Assembly: GCA_951406725.2 (NCBI GenBank)
Contig: OX597819.1
Span: 37,510,001-37,574,000, forward strand
DNA length: 64,000 bases
Source of the DNA: Octopus vulgaris
Taxonomy: Eukaryota
Direction: 5' to 3'
Shown: positions 62,801 through 64,000 of the stretch, piece after piece
Layout of the letters: each line of letters opens with the position of its first letter
How positions within the stretch are numbered: the stretch's first letter is position 1
The notes under the pieces: model-generated
Databases searched by the model: none
Seen by the model: the letters and a program-made list of their open reading frames with translations, nothing else
Told to the model about the DNA's origin: nothing
Position numbers and translations under genes: made by a program

Positions 62801-64000
62801 AAGAACAGCAAGTGATCAAGATGGAGGTAATTGCTAGCCCTGAAGAACTTTTTTTTGGTATACAGTTTTGGTAGCAATGTTATAAATGTAGGAGATTGCC
62901 ATTACAGAGCATACTGTCGTTAAGAACAGTAAAGTAGATGTAGAGTTTTTCATGTTGAGTATTTTGATTTCACTATGTAGGTAATCTATAAATAAGGTAT
63001 GTGTATACAGCAGAGCATCATTGTTTTGTGCATATTAGTTTTCTGCAGTTTGCATCAAGCTATGCAGACAGAACCAGTATGGTCCATAATGAATGTGACA
63101 TACAGCTTTTATATTGGTTTCCACTTACCTATGCCCTGCACTCCTAGGAAATGTTTAATTTTCACACACCTACCTTACAAAAGTAATAACACATGCAGAA
63201 ATGAAAAAGTAAATTTTCTTCTAACTACTTTATTTTTAAAACTGAACCATATAGAGTACTGCAGAGGAACAAATTGAACTCAATAAGTTTTAACTTAGTG
63301 CATAAGCTGCAAACATAACTAAAGTAATTAGAAAATAAATAAATCATAATTGAGAACATTAAATTCTATGATTTCTTTATTCCTTCTTGCTCTTCATTCC
63401 TAACTTTATTAGAACATGGAATTTTCTTGCTGACTACTATCAGTGGAAATGTATGGATTCAAGAGATTCCTAGATTTTGTCTTGACTGTCAAAAAGATAA
63501 CCAAAACCAGGTTCACAGAAGTATGTTATTGCAAAACTAAATGATGACACAGCTGATCACAATACCTTAAGGGTCATATATATATATATATATATATAAC
63601 ACAAAAGGGGTTTAAAATTTACTACAGCTGTTTCAATAGAATTTTGTTGATGTATCCACAATATAAATCTTCAGGTAAAATTTTAAACGGGTATAAACAA
63701 GCAAGGTAAAACCTTGATAATAAGTGATGTTTCACACTAGTACACAGATATCAATACACACACAGACATATACATAAGAAATAACAGAACGTGTGTGTGT
63801 TGCTGCCCTAATGTCTGCTCCCTTCATCTCAACCAACAAGATATCATCCTAGAAATGTTTTGGCTACAGCTTGTCTATTTCCTGACTCTCCTTCACAGCA
63901 ATAATTAAGATAACTGCCTGAAATAATAGAGTTGTTTTGACCTCTTTCCTTCTTGCATTCTCGTTATACTTTTGAATTTTCTATAAATTTAAAGGTTCTT

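Noticed and set aside
38722-64000. Upstream PP2C catalytic exons
   Set aside because: No PP2C motifs (DGH.G, RV.G.L..SR, CDGIWD, DTCL.K) were found in the ORF track or by eye. They probably lie beyond the window, although short exons could have been missed.

Overview
AT-rich animal genomic DNA, most likely an octopus (coleoid cephalopod), judged from the dense tRNA-derived and RTE-tailed SINEs; this is an inference, not a database match. Two genes converge tail-to-tail. On + are the last two coding exons of a PAR-bZIP transcription factor (HLF/TEF/DBP/Pdp1 family; 1315-1397, 2641-2910). On - is the 3' half of a PP2C phosphatase (PPM1A/PPM1B family; exons 38604-38721, 27370-27481, 25324-25378, candidate terminal exons near 24.0 and 22.9 kb). 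Its upstream intron appears to run from 38.7 kb past the window end. The rest is a layered mobile-element landscape: SINEs, RTE and CR1-like LINE remnants, a Penelope-like GIY-YIG element, two mariner fossils, and MITEs with 8-bp, TTAA or TA target duplications. Best candidates for new biology: (1) a PPM1 microexon at 31061-31078 whose 5' splice site lies inside a 15-bp hairpin and whose two possible acceptors give a stop or an in-frame GGRT insert; (2) a polypyrimidine-CAG|GTAAGT recursive-splice-like site at about 61.1 kb in the long PPM1 intron; (3) several minimal hammerhead-ribozyme motifs, including a back-to-back pair with a G3:C8 core swap at 56.7 kb and one inside a tRNA-headed SINE; (4) a PAR-bZIP leucine zipper extended by two heptads. 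All alignments were done by eye, so repeat boundaries are approximate.
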